From Longimicrobiales bacterium (GTDB taxonomy: Bacteria > Gemmatimonadota > Gemmatimonadetes > Longimicrobiales > Gaopeijiaceae), in NCBI GenBank assembly GCA_965116905.1, contig OZ220732.1, positions 32,001-96,000 of the forward strand: a stretch of DNA of 64,000 nucleotides, written 5' to 3'. This document shows positions 19,397 through 28,892 of the stretch, in pieces; position 1 is the stretch's first letter; each line of letters starts with the position of its first letter. Position numbers and translations under genes: made by a program. The notes beneath the pieces are model-generated. The model was not told where the DNA came from. It ran no database searches and worked only from the letters and a program-made list of their open reading frames with translations.

Positions 19397-20119
19397 ATGG
19401 ACCAAATCAACGAATTCGTGGACGAACGGCAGAAGGCGTGGTGCATCCAGTGCGGCGCGGGGATCGGGGACGTGGACACCAACCGGGACCACGTGCCGTC
19501 CAAGGTTCTCCTGCGCGAGCCCTACCCGGAGAACCTTCCCGTCGTCGACACCTGCGTAGACTGCAACAACGGGTTTTCGGCGGACGAGGAATACCTGCAC
19601 CTGTTCCTGCACTGCGTACTCAGGGGCTCCACGGACCCGGAACAGCACTCGGACGCCAAGACCGCGCGGGCGTTACAGCGCCACAGGAAACTCCGCGCGA
19701 GGATCGAGCGATCAAAGACGGAGTACCGGACGATTGGCGGCGAGACGCGTTGTGTCTGGGAGCCCGAAGAGGAGAGAGTAGAGCGTATCGTGGTGAAGAA
19801 CGCGCGCGGTCACGTCTTCTACGAATACGGCGAACCGATGCTGAGCGAACCGCAACACGTCCGGACCCTGCCCCTAGTGGCGATGCCGACGGCGGCGCGC
19901 GAAGGATTCGAAAACGACCGGATGGCCGGAGAACTGGCAGGTTGGCCCGAAGTGGGCAGTCGGATGATGACGCGCGTGCTCACCGGGCAGGATATGCATG
20001 ACGGCTGGGTCATCGTACAGGACGGTGTCTATCGGTTCCGCCTACAGCAGCGCTCCGGGATCGTCGTCAGGTCCGTTCTCCTCGAATACCTCGGGACCGA
20101 GGTGTACTGGAGCGACTAA
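19397..20119 (+). CDS. HNH endonuclease family protein
   Basis: CIQC...RDHVPSK...NLPVV.TCVDCNNGF zinc-finger/HNH pattern. Confidence 0.8.
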   Translation: MDQINEFVDERQKAWCIQCGAGIGDVDTNRDHVPSKVLLREPYPENLPVVDTCVDCNNGFSADEEYLHLFLHCVLRGSTDPEQHSDAKTARALQRHRKLRARIERSKTEYRTIGGETRCVWEPEEERVERIVVKNARGHVFYEYGEPMLSEPQHVRTLPLVAMPTAAREGFENDRMAGELAGWPEVGSRMMTRVLTGQDMHDGWVIVQDGVYRFRLQQRSGIVVRSVLLEYLGTEVYWSD

Positions 20120-20516
20120 TGAGCAGAGCGACGGTACGCGCTGTCGGGCCGCTCCTCTGAGAGCATGCACTCAATAGGGTCCTTCGCGTCGCACGGTACC
20201 ACGGCCTCGCTTCTCCAATACCAGCAACGACTTCCCCGCCTCCCGGAGGCGTGCTACGGACATGACGGATCCCCGTGACGAGTACGCCCGAGATCAAGTA
20301 GTGGGTACGATCCTCCCCCGGTCCACACGAACCGCATCCGGGCCAGAATCGGCCAGCGACGCGAGAAGGTCGCCCGTCGAATCGACTCGTCGGTCGGCTC
20401 GCTGACGGCGCTCCCTCACGCTACCAACGCCGCATCGTGGCCGGTACGTTATCGTACAAGGGTTCCCGCGCGATGCGGATGACACCCGACCGGAGAGCGA
20501 CCCACGACGCCACGAC

Positions 20517-22655
20517 ATGACCGCGCCCAACCTGAACTGGATTGCCAACTACATCTGGGGCATCGCTGACGACGTGCTCCGCGATGTCTACGTGCGCGGC
20601 AAGTACCGCGACGTGATCCTGCCGATGACTGTGCTCCGGCGGCTGGACGCCGTGCTGGAGCCCACCAAGCAGGCCGTCCTCGACATGAAGGCCACGCTGG
20701 ATGCAGCCGGGGTCGCGAACCAGGACGCCGCGCTTCGGCACGCGGCAGGGCAGGCATTCCACAACACCTCGAAGTTCACGCTCAGAGACCTGCGGGCGCA
20801 GCCGAAGCAGCAACAACTCAAGGCCGATTTCGTGGACTATCTCGACGGATTCTCACCCAACGTGCGGGACATCCTCGACAACTTCGAGTTCCGAAACCAG
20901 ATCCAGAAGCTCTCCAGGGCCGACGTGCTGGGGGCGCTGATCGAGAAACTGACGTCGCCGGACATCAACCTAGGTCCCGATCCGGTAATGGATACCGACG
21001 GCAGGGTCCGGCATCCTGGCCTCGACAACCACGGCATGGGCACGGTCTTCGAGGAACTGATCCGGCGCTTCAACGAGGAGAACAACGAAGAGGCGGGCGA
21101 GCACTTCACGCCGCGCGACGCCGTGACTCTGATGGCGAAGCTGGTATTCCAGCCCCTTGCCAACCGGATCGAGTCCGGCACGTACCTGCTCTACGACGGG
21201 GCTTGCGGGACAGGCGGTATGCTGACCGTGGCCGAGGACGTGCTGCACGGGCTCGCAGAGGGACGGGGCAAGGAGGTGTCCACGCATCTGTACGGCCAGG
21301 AGATCAACGCAGAGACCTATGCGATCTGTAAGGCCGACTTGCTGCTGAAGGGCGACGGCGAGGCCGCCGACAACATCGTGGGCGGCCCGGAGCACTCGAC
21401 GCTCTCGAACGACGCGTTTCCGACGCGGGAGTTCGACTTCATGCTCTCGAACCCGCCGTACGGGAAGAGTTGGAAGACCGACCTTGAGCACATGGGCGGC
21501 AAGAAGGGGATGCGGGATCACCGCTTCCTGATCGAGCACGCGGGCGACCCAGAGTATTCGCTGGTCACCCGCTCCAGCGACGGCCAGATGCTGTTCCTCG
21601 CCAACAAGCTGTCGAAGATGAAGCGGGACACGCCGCTCGGCAGCCGGATCGCTGAAGTCCACAACGGAAGCTCGCTGTTCACCGGGTCGGCGGGCCAGGG
21701 CGAGAGCAACATCCGGCGGTGGATCATCGAGAACGACTGGCTGGAGGCCATCGTCGCGCTGCCGCTTAACATGTTCTACAACACGGGGATTGCCACCTAC
21801 GTCTGGGTGCTCACGAACCGCAAGTCCGAGCACCGGCGGGGCAAGGTGCAGTTGATCGACGCGACGAAGTGGTTCCGTCCGCTCAGGAAGAACCTGGGGA
21901 AGAAGAGCTGCGAACTCGGACCGGAGGACATTGAGCGGATCTGCCGGACGTTCCTCGACTTCGAGGAGACGGAGGAGAGCCGCATTTTCGACAACGAGGT
22001 GTTCGGTTACTGGAAGGTGACCGTCGAGCGGCCACTCCGCCTGAAGGTGGATCTGTCGCCCGCGCGCTGCCTCGTGTTGTCCGAGACGTGCCGCCAAGCG
22101 GGAGAGGGGCCGCTCGCGAACTCCGTCGAGCGGGTGGCCGAGACACTCGGCCCAGGGCCTCACCTAGACTTCAACGTCTTTCTGAAGGCGCTCAAGGCCG
22201 ACATGTCTGGTCGTCGCGCGAAGCTGACGGCTAAGCGCAGGAAGCTGTTGCAGACTGTGCTGGCGGAGCGGGACGAGACGGCGGAGCCGGTAGTCAAGAG
22301 GGTTTACCGTCGCGGAACTGCGCCCGACCCAATCCGGGGACTGTTCGAGTCTGGGGAAGGCCCCAATCCTAGCGTCGTCGAGTACGAACCTGACAGGGTG
22401 CTCCGCGACACCGAGCAGGTTCCGTTCCTAGAAGAGGGCGGAATCGAGGGCTTCCTGCGACGGGAGGTGCTTCCCTATGCCGGGCCCGCGTGGTATGTCG
22501 CCAAGAGAGTGAAGACCGGCTACGAGATCAGCTTCAACCGGTACTTCCACAAGCCCGAGCCGATGCGGACGCTCGATGAGATCAGGGGCGACATTTTGGC
22601 GGTCGAGCGGGAGACCGAGGGACTGCTGCTTGAGATACTGGGACGGCCCAAATGA
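20517..22655 (+). CDS. hsdM: Type I R-M methyltransferase subunit
   Basis: IWGIADDVLR, VILPMTVLRRLD, EEAGEHFTPRD, YDGACGTGGML, GQEIN, SNPPYG, GYEISFNRYF. Confidence 0.96.
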   Translation: MTAPNLNWIANYIWGIADDVLRDVYVRGKYRDVILPMTVLRRLDAVLEPTKQAVLDMKATLDAAGVANQDAALRHAAGQAFHNTSKFTLRDLRAQPKQQQLKADFVDYLDGFSPNVRDILDNFEFRNQIQKLSRADVLGALIEKLTSPDINLGPDPVMDTDGRVRHPGLDNHGMGTVFEELIRRFNEENNEEAGEHFTPRDAVTLMAKLVFQPLANRIESGTYLLYDGACGTGGMLTVAEDVLHGLAEGRGKEVSTHLYGQEINAETYAICKADLLLKGDGEAADNIVGGPEHSTLSNDAFPTREFDFMLSNPPYGKSWKTDLEHMGGKKGMRDHRFLIEHAGDPEYSLVTRSSDGQMLFLANKLSKMKRDTPLGSRIAEVHNGSSLFTGSAGQGESNIRRWIIENDWLEAIVALPLNMFYNTGIATYVWVLTNRKSEHRRGKVQLIDATKWFRPLRKNLGKKSCELGPEDIERICRTFLDFEETEESRIFDNEVFGYWKVTVERPLRLKVDLSPARCLVLSETCRQAGEGPLANSVERVAETLGPGPHLDFNVFLKALKADMSGRRAKLTAKRRKLLQTVLAERDETAEPVVKRVYRRGTAPDPIRGLFESGEGPNPSVVEYEPDRVLRDTEQVPFLEEGGIEGFLRREVLPYAGPAWYVAKRVKTGYEISFNRYFHKPEPMRTLDEIRGDILAVERETEGLLLEILGRPK

Positions 22656-24058
22656 GTGTCAACGGCCTCGGGTCCTATCCGGCCTACCGGGACTCAGACG
22701 TGCGGTGGATGGGAATGCTCCCCGACCATTGGCGCCTAGTGCGGGCCAAGTGGCTGTTCACCAAGATGGATCGTGCCGTTAGGCCGAGTGACGAGGTCGT
22801 TACCTGCTTCCGCGATGGCACGGTGACGCTCCGAAAAAACCGACGAGAACTGGGGTTCACCGAATCCCTGAAAGAGATCGGCTACCAAGGGGTCCGCCGC
22901 GGTGATCTTGTCATTCATGCGATGGATGCCTTCGCCGGTGCTTGTGGTGTCTCCGATTCGGACGGGAAGAGTACGCCCGTGTATTCGGTCTGTACCCCTA
23001 AGGATGAGGGAGTGAGCTCCCGATACTACGCGTTTTGCGTTCGCGAGATGGCTCGGAGTCGGTGGATCATGGCTCTTTCGAGAGGCGTGCGGGAGCGATC
23101 GACCGACTTTCGGTTCGCGGCCTTTGGAAACCAACTGGTCCCAGCACCGTCGGGTCGAGAACAGCGCGCCATCGTCCTCTATCTAGGCTCCGCCGACCGC
23201 CGCATCCGACGCTACATCCGTGCGAAGGAGCGGCTGATCGAGCTATTGGAGGAGTGGAAGCGGGCGCTGATCCACGCGGTCGTCACGGGCCGGATCGATG
23301 TCCGAACCGGCCAACCCTATCCCGCCTACCAAGACTCCGGCGTCGAATGGCTGGGGAAGGTGCCAGAGCATTGGGAGAGACGTCGGTTGAAGACCCTCCT
23401 CCGCGTCGTCGACCGGCGGTCCAGTACTGGAGATGAGACGCTGCTGTCGTTGCGGCGAGACCACGGCGTGGTGGTCTACTCTGAGCACTTCACCCGGCCG
23501 CCACAAGGCAGAACCCTCGTAGGCTACAAGCAGCTTGCTGTAGGACAGCTCGTGGTTAATCGCCTACAGGCCAACAACGGACTTGTGTTCTGTTCGGGTG
23601 TCGACGGTCTCGTCAGCCCCGACTACTCCGTGTTCGATAAGACCGCACCGCTCCAGATGAAGTACTTGAGCGATCTGTTGAGGACATCGACCTATCGTTC
23701 GCACTTCCGGCGGGTTTCCAAGGGCTTGGGAACGGGGACCGCTGGTTTCCTCCGTCTGTATGATGACGTGTTCCTTTCAACGACCGTGTTTCTGCCGCCT
23801 GAACACGAACAGGTTTCCGTACTGGAGTACGTCAGGATCGAGGTCAGAAAGATCGAGGGATTGATAGCGGCGGCAGCAGGTGGTTTGGAGTTGCTTGACG
23901 AGTACCGCACCCGCCTCATCGCCGATGTCGTGACCGGCAAGCTCGACGTACGGGAGGCTGTGGTCCGTTTCCCGGGCGACAATTCCCCCGTCGAGTCAGA
24001 CGACCGGAAGCCCGCGTCGCCCCAAGCTGTGGCCCGAACGCAGGCGCTGTCACGATGA
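22652..24058 (+). CDS. hsdS: Type I R-M specificity subunit
   Basis: Two YPAY.DS.V.W.G..P.HW units and two EQ...LI..VVTG coiled-coil segments separating two TRDs; ATGA overlap with hsdM. Confidence 0.92.
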   Translation: MSVNGLGSYPAYRDSDVRWMGMLPDHWRLVRAKWLFTKMDRAVRPSDEVVTCFRDGTVTLRKNRRELGFTESLKEIGYQGVRRGDLVIHAMDAFAGACGVSDSDGKSTPVYSVCTPKDEGVSSRYYAFCVREMARSRWIMALSRGVRERSTDFRFAAFGNQLVPAPSGREQRAIVLYLGSADRRIRRYIRAKERLIELLEEWKRALIHAVVTGRIDVRTGQPYPAYQDSGVEWLGKVPEHWERRRLKTLLRVVDRRSSTGDETLLSLRRDHGVVVYSEHFTRPPQGRTLVGYKQLAVGQLVVNRLQANNGLVFCSGVDGLVSPDYSVFDKTAPLQMKYLSDLLRTSTYRSHFRRVSKGLGTGTAGFLRLYDDVFLSTTVFLPPEHEQVSVLEYVRIEVRKIEGLIAAAAGGLELLDEYRTRLIADVVTGKLDVREAVVRFPGDNSPVESDDRKPASPQAVARTQALSR

Positions 24059-26253
24059 GTGCCCGCTCCACCCCCGAGCGCCGCGACAACTCGCCGAGCA
24101 TCTCGTCACCTGCGCCTAATGCCCCGCTCTCCTTCCGATTCCACGCCCGCGCTTTGGCTGCATTAGGCCGCGACTTGGTCACCAACGATGTGGTCGCCGT
24201 CATGGAGCTTGTCAAGAACGCCTACGACGCGATGGCTCGGAGGGTTGCGGTACGAATCCGCAGAGACGACACCAGTGGCGGCGATGTCTACATCGAAATC
24301 GAGGATGACGGACACGGCATGGACTACGACACCATCGCCAACGTGTGGTGCGTCGTCGCGACACCGTTTCGAGCCAGGCGACCGATTGCGACGGCCGGTA
24401 GGCGAACGCGGCAGGTTACCGGGGAGAAGGGACTCGGACGCCTCTCGGCCGCCAGGCTCGGGGGAACCCTTGAAATGATCACCCGTGTCGCGGGCGGTCC
24501 CTCGCTCCGCTTCTCACTGGATTGGGATGCACTCCTGAACGCCGACCGACTCGCCGAAGTAGCGTTCCCAGTCGAGAAAGCCCTACCAGAGCAGTTCGGC
24601 GGCAGCCACGGAACGCGAATTCGAATTGGTGCTCTGCGGAGCGTTTGGACGGAGGATCGGATTCGCGAGTTGCGGCAAGGGCTCGCTCGTCTGGTATCCC
24701 CGTTCGCGGGCGCTGAGGACTTCCGGATTGTTCTGCACACAGACGACACCGATGAGACAGCCCCGCTGGAGATCGCCGCACCCGAATTCATGTCCGCACC
24801 GAAATACTCGATGACAGGACGGGTTGACCGTGAGGGGATGATCCGGGCCGAGTACCGTTTTCGACCGCTTGACATCCGCCCCGGTCGGGACCGCTCGGTC
24901 TGCGAGGCCGCGCCATCGACCGATAACCCTCGCCGTGGGGTCGGCCGGGACAACTACGCAGCATCGGCCTGTGGGCCGTTCGAGTTCGAGATTCGAGCAT
25001 GGGATCTCACGCGTGACGACACCCGGGATATCGCGGAGCACTATGACGAACAACGCAGCGCTGTTCGAGCTGCAATAAGGTCTCACTACGGGATCTCGGT
25101 TTACCGCGACCATGTTCTTGTGCTGCCCAAGTCAGAAAAGTCCTACGACTGGCTCGGCCTCGACCTTAGACGAGTCAGTCGGGTCGGCCCTCGTCTCAGC
25201 ACTAGCCAGATTGTGGGATCTGTGCGGATTACGAAAGCTGACAATCCTGGTCTTGTGGACACCAGCGACCGCGAGGGCCTGGTGTCCAATGCTGCGGCGG
25301 AGGTATTCCGCGAGCGAATGGAACGGATCGTCCAACTGCTCGAAGTCGAGCGTAGCGCGGATCGCTTGGAAGAACGGGATAAAGGGCCGGCAGTTGACCT
25401 GTTCGCGAGGCTTAACGCAGAAGCCCTAGTTGAGGGACTGGAGGAAGTCCGCGACGGCAAGCGAGGCATCGGCGCCGCCATCAAGCTTGCCGAACGACAC
25501 AATCGCGAGCTAGAGGGAACGCGTGCAGCGATCGAGAGACGCTTCGGCTACTATAGCCGATTGGCGGTGATCGGCACCATCGCGCAGATGGTGATCCATG
25601 AGATACGAAACCGCACCTCCGTGATCGGCCCGGCGCTGAAGACGGCGGGGAAACTGGCTGGCCGTGTCGCGGACGCCACGTTCAAACGAGCGGCTGACAT
25701 GGCGTGGAGGTCCCTGGAAGCCCTGGACGCGCTTGCCGACCGGTTTGCTCCGCTCGCAAGCCGGGGATACCGGCCGGGACGCCGTTCCTCGCTGCTGGAG
25801 GAGTCCATCGCACGGTGCTTCGAGATGCAGGCCGGACAAGTTCGCAGTGGCAGGATCGCCGTAGAACTGCCGCCCGACACCCGCACGGTGGTGCGCATCG
25901 ATCCGGGCGAGTTGGACACGGTGATGACGAACCTTCTGCTGAATGCTCTATACTGGATTCGGCGCACTGACGGCGAGCGCCTGCTCCGCGTGAGTTTAGA
26001 GCCCGGACCGTCGCCGGATCGCATCTCGGTACGCTTTGACGACTCGGGGCCGGGGATAGACCCGGATGATGCGGAGCGCGTTTTCTGGCCGGGCGTAACC
26101 CGGAAGGCAGACGGGTTCGGAATGGGTCTGACCGTCGCCGCCGAGTTGGTGCGCGGCCGCGGGGGCACGATGCGCACGGAAGTGCCTGGAAAGTTGGGGG
26201 GAGCGACATTCGAGTTCGATCTGCCGCTGGTTCCATCGAAGAAGGAGACGTGA
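24055..26253 (+). CDS. Soluble histidine kinase with N-terminal HSP90/MutL/MORC-like GHKL ATPase and C-terminal HisKA-HATPase
   Basis: N-terminal ELVKNAYDA, EDDGHGM, GEKGLGR, GTRI; C-terminal IHEIRN H-box, NLLLNA N-box, DDSGPGI G1, GFGMGL G2. Confidence 0.88.
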   Translation: MSARSTPERRDNSPSISSPAPNAPLSFRFHARALAALGRDLVTNDVVAVMELVKNAYDAMARRVAVRIRRDDTSGGDVYIEIEDDGHGMDYDTIANVWCVVATPFRARRPIATAGRRTRQVTGEKGLGRLSAARLGGTLEMITRVAGGPSLRFSLDWDALLNADRLAEVAFPVEKALPEQFGGSHGTRIRIGALRSVWTEDRIRELRQGLARLVSPFAGAEDFRIVLHTDDTDETAPLEIAAPEFMSAPKYSMTGRVDREGMIRAEYRFRPLDIRPGRDRSVCEAAPSTDNPRRGVGRDNYAASACGPFEFEIRAWDLTRDDTRDIAEHYDEQRSAVRAAIRSHYGISVYRDHVLVLPKSEKSYDWLGLDLRRVSRVGPRLSTSQIVGSVRITKADNPGLVDTSDREGLVSNAAAEVFRERMERIVQLLEVERSADRLEERDKGPAVDLFARLNAEALVEGLEEVRDGKRGIGAAIKLAERHNRELEGTRAAIERRFGYYSRLAVIGTIAQMVIHEIRNRTSVIGPALKTAGKLAGRVADATFKRAADMAWRSLEALDALADRFAPLASRGYRPGRRSSLLEESIARCFEMQAGQVRSGRIAVELPPDTRTVVRIDPGELDTVMTNLLLNALYWIRRTDGERLLRVSLEPGPSPDRISVRFDDSGPGIDPDDAERVFWPGVTRKADGFGMGLTVAAELVRGRGGTMRTEVPGKLGGATFEFDLPLVPSKKET

Positions 26254-27398
26254 TGCGCCTCAGAGTGCTCGTAATCGACGACGACGAAGCGGTGCGCGAG
26301 AGGGTTCGCATGACTCTCGAGACTGCTATCGCACAACCACCGGAGCAGGAGTGGGAAGTCTTCGACTATGGCTTCGAAGGCGTGCGTGACTCTTTGCTTG
26401 CCATCCGTCCCGACGTGGTGATCCTGGACTTGGTGGATGGCGAACCACCTGACGGTCAACCGCAAGGCAACGTGCGCTTCCGCGAGATCCGGGACACATG
26501 GTTCTGTCCGGTAGTGGTGTACTCGGCGTTTCCGAACACGCAGGATTTCGGCCACCCTCTTGTCCACACCGTGGTGAAGGCCGCGGATGCCATGGAGAAG
26601 GTCCTGATGTGCCTGGCTGAGCTTGCTCCGATGGCAAGAGCGATACGATCCGTCCACGACGAGTTCGACTCACGAATCAGGAAGTCTCTGCACGACTCAG
26701 TAGGCACTCTCCGCGAGCAGATCGGGGAGGAAAGCGATGATGAGCCCGTCCTTCGCCGGGCGGTTCGCCGGCTGGTCGCAGCAGGAGTTGATGTTGGTGA
26801 TGTCGGAGCTGAGGGCATGGCTCCTTGGGAGCGATTTGTCATCCCGCCGCTGGGCGGCCACCTTCTGATCGCCGACATTCTGAAGAAAACGGGTGCGCAG
26901 TGGCACAGCGAGGAGTCTTTTCGGGTCGTGCTTACTCCTTCGTGCGATCTCGTGCCAGGAGAGTCGGGCCAGCCCAAGGCCCACCGCGTGCTGGTGGCTT
27001 GCTGTGAACAGCTAACGCGGCTCGGGAGGATTCAACTGAAGCCCGGGGAACGGCTGAAGGGAAAGAGGGAAACGCGGGTCCGGGGGTTCCTGAACGATGG
27101 AATGGTGGATGGTTTCCTGCCCATTCCCAAGTTCCAGGGTCATGTGCCGCTGATGGTCGCGAATCTCAAGGCACTTGAGTTGATTGAGTGGCAGAGGGTA
27201 TCGCCCGTGCCAATCGGCGGGAATGAGGAGGCGCAGGACTTCGAGTTCGAGCGCGTGGCTTCCACCGACAGCCCGTTTCGCGAAATGGTAGTGTGGGCCT
27301 ACCTGCGCGTGACCGGTCGACCGGGACTCCCCGAGATTGACGTGCAGCAGTGGTTGACTGATATCTCTGATCACTTCGAGCAAGAGGTGCATCCGTGA
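26250..27398 (+). CDS. Response-regulator receiver fused to uncharacterised C-terminal domain
   Basis: VLVIDDD, PDVVILD, VVVYSA, VVK receiver residues; C-terminal ADIL..VVLTPSCDL..RVAS..SPFRE..RPGLP; no HTH. Confidence 0.8.
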   Translation: MMRLRVLVIDDDEAVRERVRMTLETAIAQPPEQEWEVFDYGFEGVRDSLLAIRPDVVILDLVDGEPPDGQPQGNVRFREIRDTWFCPVVVYSAFPNTQDFGHPLVHTVVKAADAMEKVLMCLAELAPMARAIRSVHDEFDSRIRKSLHDSVGTLREQIGEESDDEPVLRRAVRRLVAAGVDVGDVGAEGMAPWERFVIPPLGGHLLIADILKKTGAQWHSEESFRVVLTPSCDLVPGESGQPKAHRVLVACCEQLTRLGRIQLKPGERLKGKRETRVRGFLNDGMVDGFLPIPKFQGHVPLMVANLKALELIEWQRVSPVPIGGNEEAQDFEFERVASTDSPFREMVVWAYLRVTGRPGLPEIDVQQWLTDISDHFEQEVHP

Positions 27399-28423
27399 AG
27401 GCGATCGATCTCTTCTGTGGTGCCGGGGGACTCACGCTCGGACTGAGGCGCGCGGGCTGGGACGTTCTTGTCGGCATCGATGTCGATGAGGCCGTCGGCG
27501 AGACCTATCGGCGCAACAATCCCAACACCGGGTTTCTGGCAGCCGACCTGCGATCCGTGACCGAAGAGGACATATTTTCGTTGGCGGGCAATACCCCTCG
27601 CCGCGAGCTGCTCCTAGCGGGATGCGCCCCCTGTCAGCCCTTCTCCAAACAGCGACGACGGCGGGGGATAGCCCGATGTCCCGACGGTACACTTCTCGGT
27701 CAGTTCGCTCGCCTCGTGGTTGCATTGCGGCCTGGCGCGGTGCTGATGGAGAACGTCCCCGGCATCAGAACCGTGCCGGGATTCAGTTCCTTTCGGCGCT
27801 TTCTCAAGATCCTCCGCGATTGCGGGTACGGTTTTGAGCACTGCGTCCTCAACGCCTGCGACTTCGAGGTCCCGCAGCATCGCCGCCGGTGCGTACTGCT
27901 GGCCCTGCACGAGTTGGAGGCGAGGTTGCCGACACCGATCATGCGCGAGCCCGCCCAAGGTGGCGCGACCGTGCGTGCCAGCATCGGACGGTTTCCGGCC
28001 ATCGCGGCGGGCGAAGCTCACCGCTGCATCCCGAATCACGTCGCTGCGGGCCTGTCGCCGCTGAACTTGGAGAGAATACGGGCCACGCCTGCGGACGGCG
28101 GCAGCCGACGGAATTGGCCGGAACGCCTGACGCTCGACTGTCACCGCCGCACTCTCGGGTTCAGCGATGTCTACGGACGAATGTGGTGGGACCGCGTGGC
28201 CCCAACGCTCACCAGCCGGTGCAACAGCCTCTCGAATGGCAGGTTCGGCCACCCAGAGCAGGACCGAGCCATCAGCCTGCGGGAAGCAGCCGCGCTCCAG
28301 ACGTTTCCCGACGACTACGAGTTCTTCGGCACAAGGAACCGAATCGCCGGGTGGATCGGTAACGCCGTGCCCGTATCGTTTGCCGAGGCGCTGGGAACGG
28401 CGGCCATCAGGGCCGCTGCCTGA
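27395..28423 (+). CDS. dcm: DNA (cytosine-5) methyltransferase
   Basis: DLFCGAGG, GCAPCQPFS, MENVPG, PQHRRR, HPEQDRAISLREAAALQTFP, IGNAVP. Confidence 0.96.
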   Translation: MKAIDLFCGAGGLTLGLRRAGWDVLVGIDVDEAVGETYRRNNPNTGFLAADLRSVTEEDIFSLAGNTPRRELLLAGCAPCQPFSKQRRRRGIARCPDGTLLGQFARLVVALRPGAVLMENVPGIRTVPGFSSFRRFLKILRDCGYGFEHCVLNACDFEVPQHRRRCVLLALHELEARLPTPIMREPAQGGATVRASIGRFPAIAAGEAHRCIPNHVAAGLSPLNLERIRATPADGGSRRNWPERLTLDCHRRTLGFSDVYGRMWWDRVAPTLTSRCNSLSNGRFGHPEQDRAISLREAAALQTFPDDYEFFGTRNRIAGWIGNAVPVSFAEALGTAAIRAAA

Positions 28424-28426
28424 CAC

Positions 28427-28876
28427 TTGTCGGACAAAGCCGGAAGGGAACCGACGGCCGAGTCCGCACCGTCCCCAGAACGTAGCGCCAACATGGCCCG
28501 CATCGGCGCGAAAGACACGCGACCGGAGCTCGCGGTTCGGCGACTCCTCCATCGCTTGGGCTACCGCTACCGCCTTCACCGGGGTGATCTTCCTGGGCGG
28601 CCCGATATCTGCTTCCCCGGTCGTAGAAAGGCGATCTTCGTTCACGGCTGCTTTTGGCACCGGCACGACGGGTGCCGACGCACAACCACCCCGAAGACAC
28701 GCACTTCCTTCTGGAAAGACAAGTTCGAGAGGAACATCGTGCGCGACCGACTGAACCTGTCGGATCTTGGAAAGCTCGGGTGGGAAGCGATGGTGGTCTG
28801 GGAGTGCGAGACGACCGACCTTGAGGGGCTCGCGCCGCGCCTCGTGCGATTCCTCGATGGCGAATTGCCGAGATGA
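28427..28876 (+). CDS. vsr: Very short patch repair endonuclease
   Basis: RSANMARIGAKDTRPE, LPGRPDI, IFVHGCFWHRH, FWKDK, VVWECE. Confidence 0.95.
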   Translation: MSDKAGREPTAESAPSPERSANMARIGAKDTRPELAVRRLLHRLGYRYRLHRGDLPGRPDICFPGRRKAIFVHGCFWHRHDGCRRTTTPKTRTSFWKDKFERNIVRDRLNLSDLGKLGWEAMVVWECETTDLEGLAPRLVRFLDGELPR

Positions 28877-28892
28877 CATTACGTTGGATTCC

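Noticed and set aside
21990..22400. Extra C-terminal segment in HsdM as a novel domain
   Set aside because: Variable-length insertions in this part of long HsdM proteins are common; no distinct motif seen.
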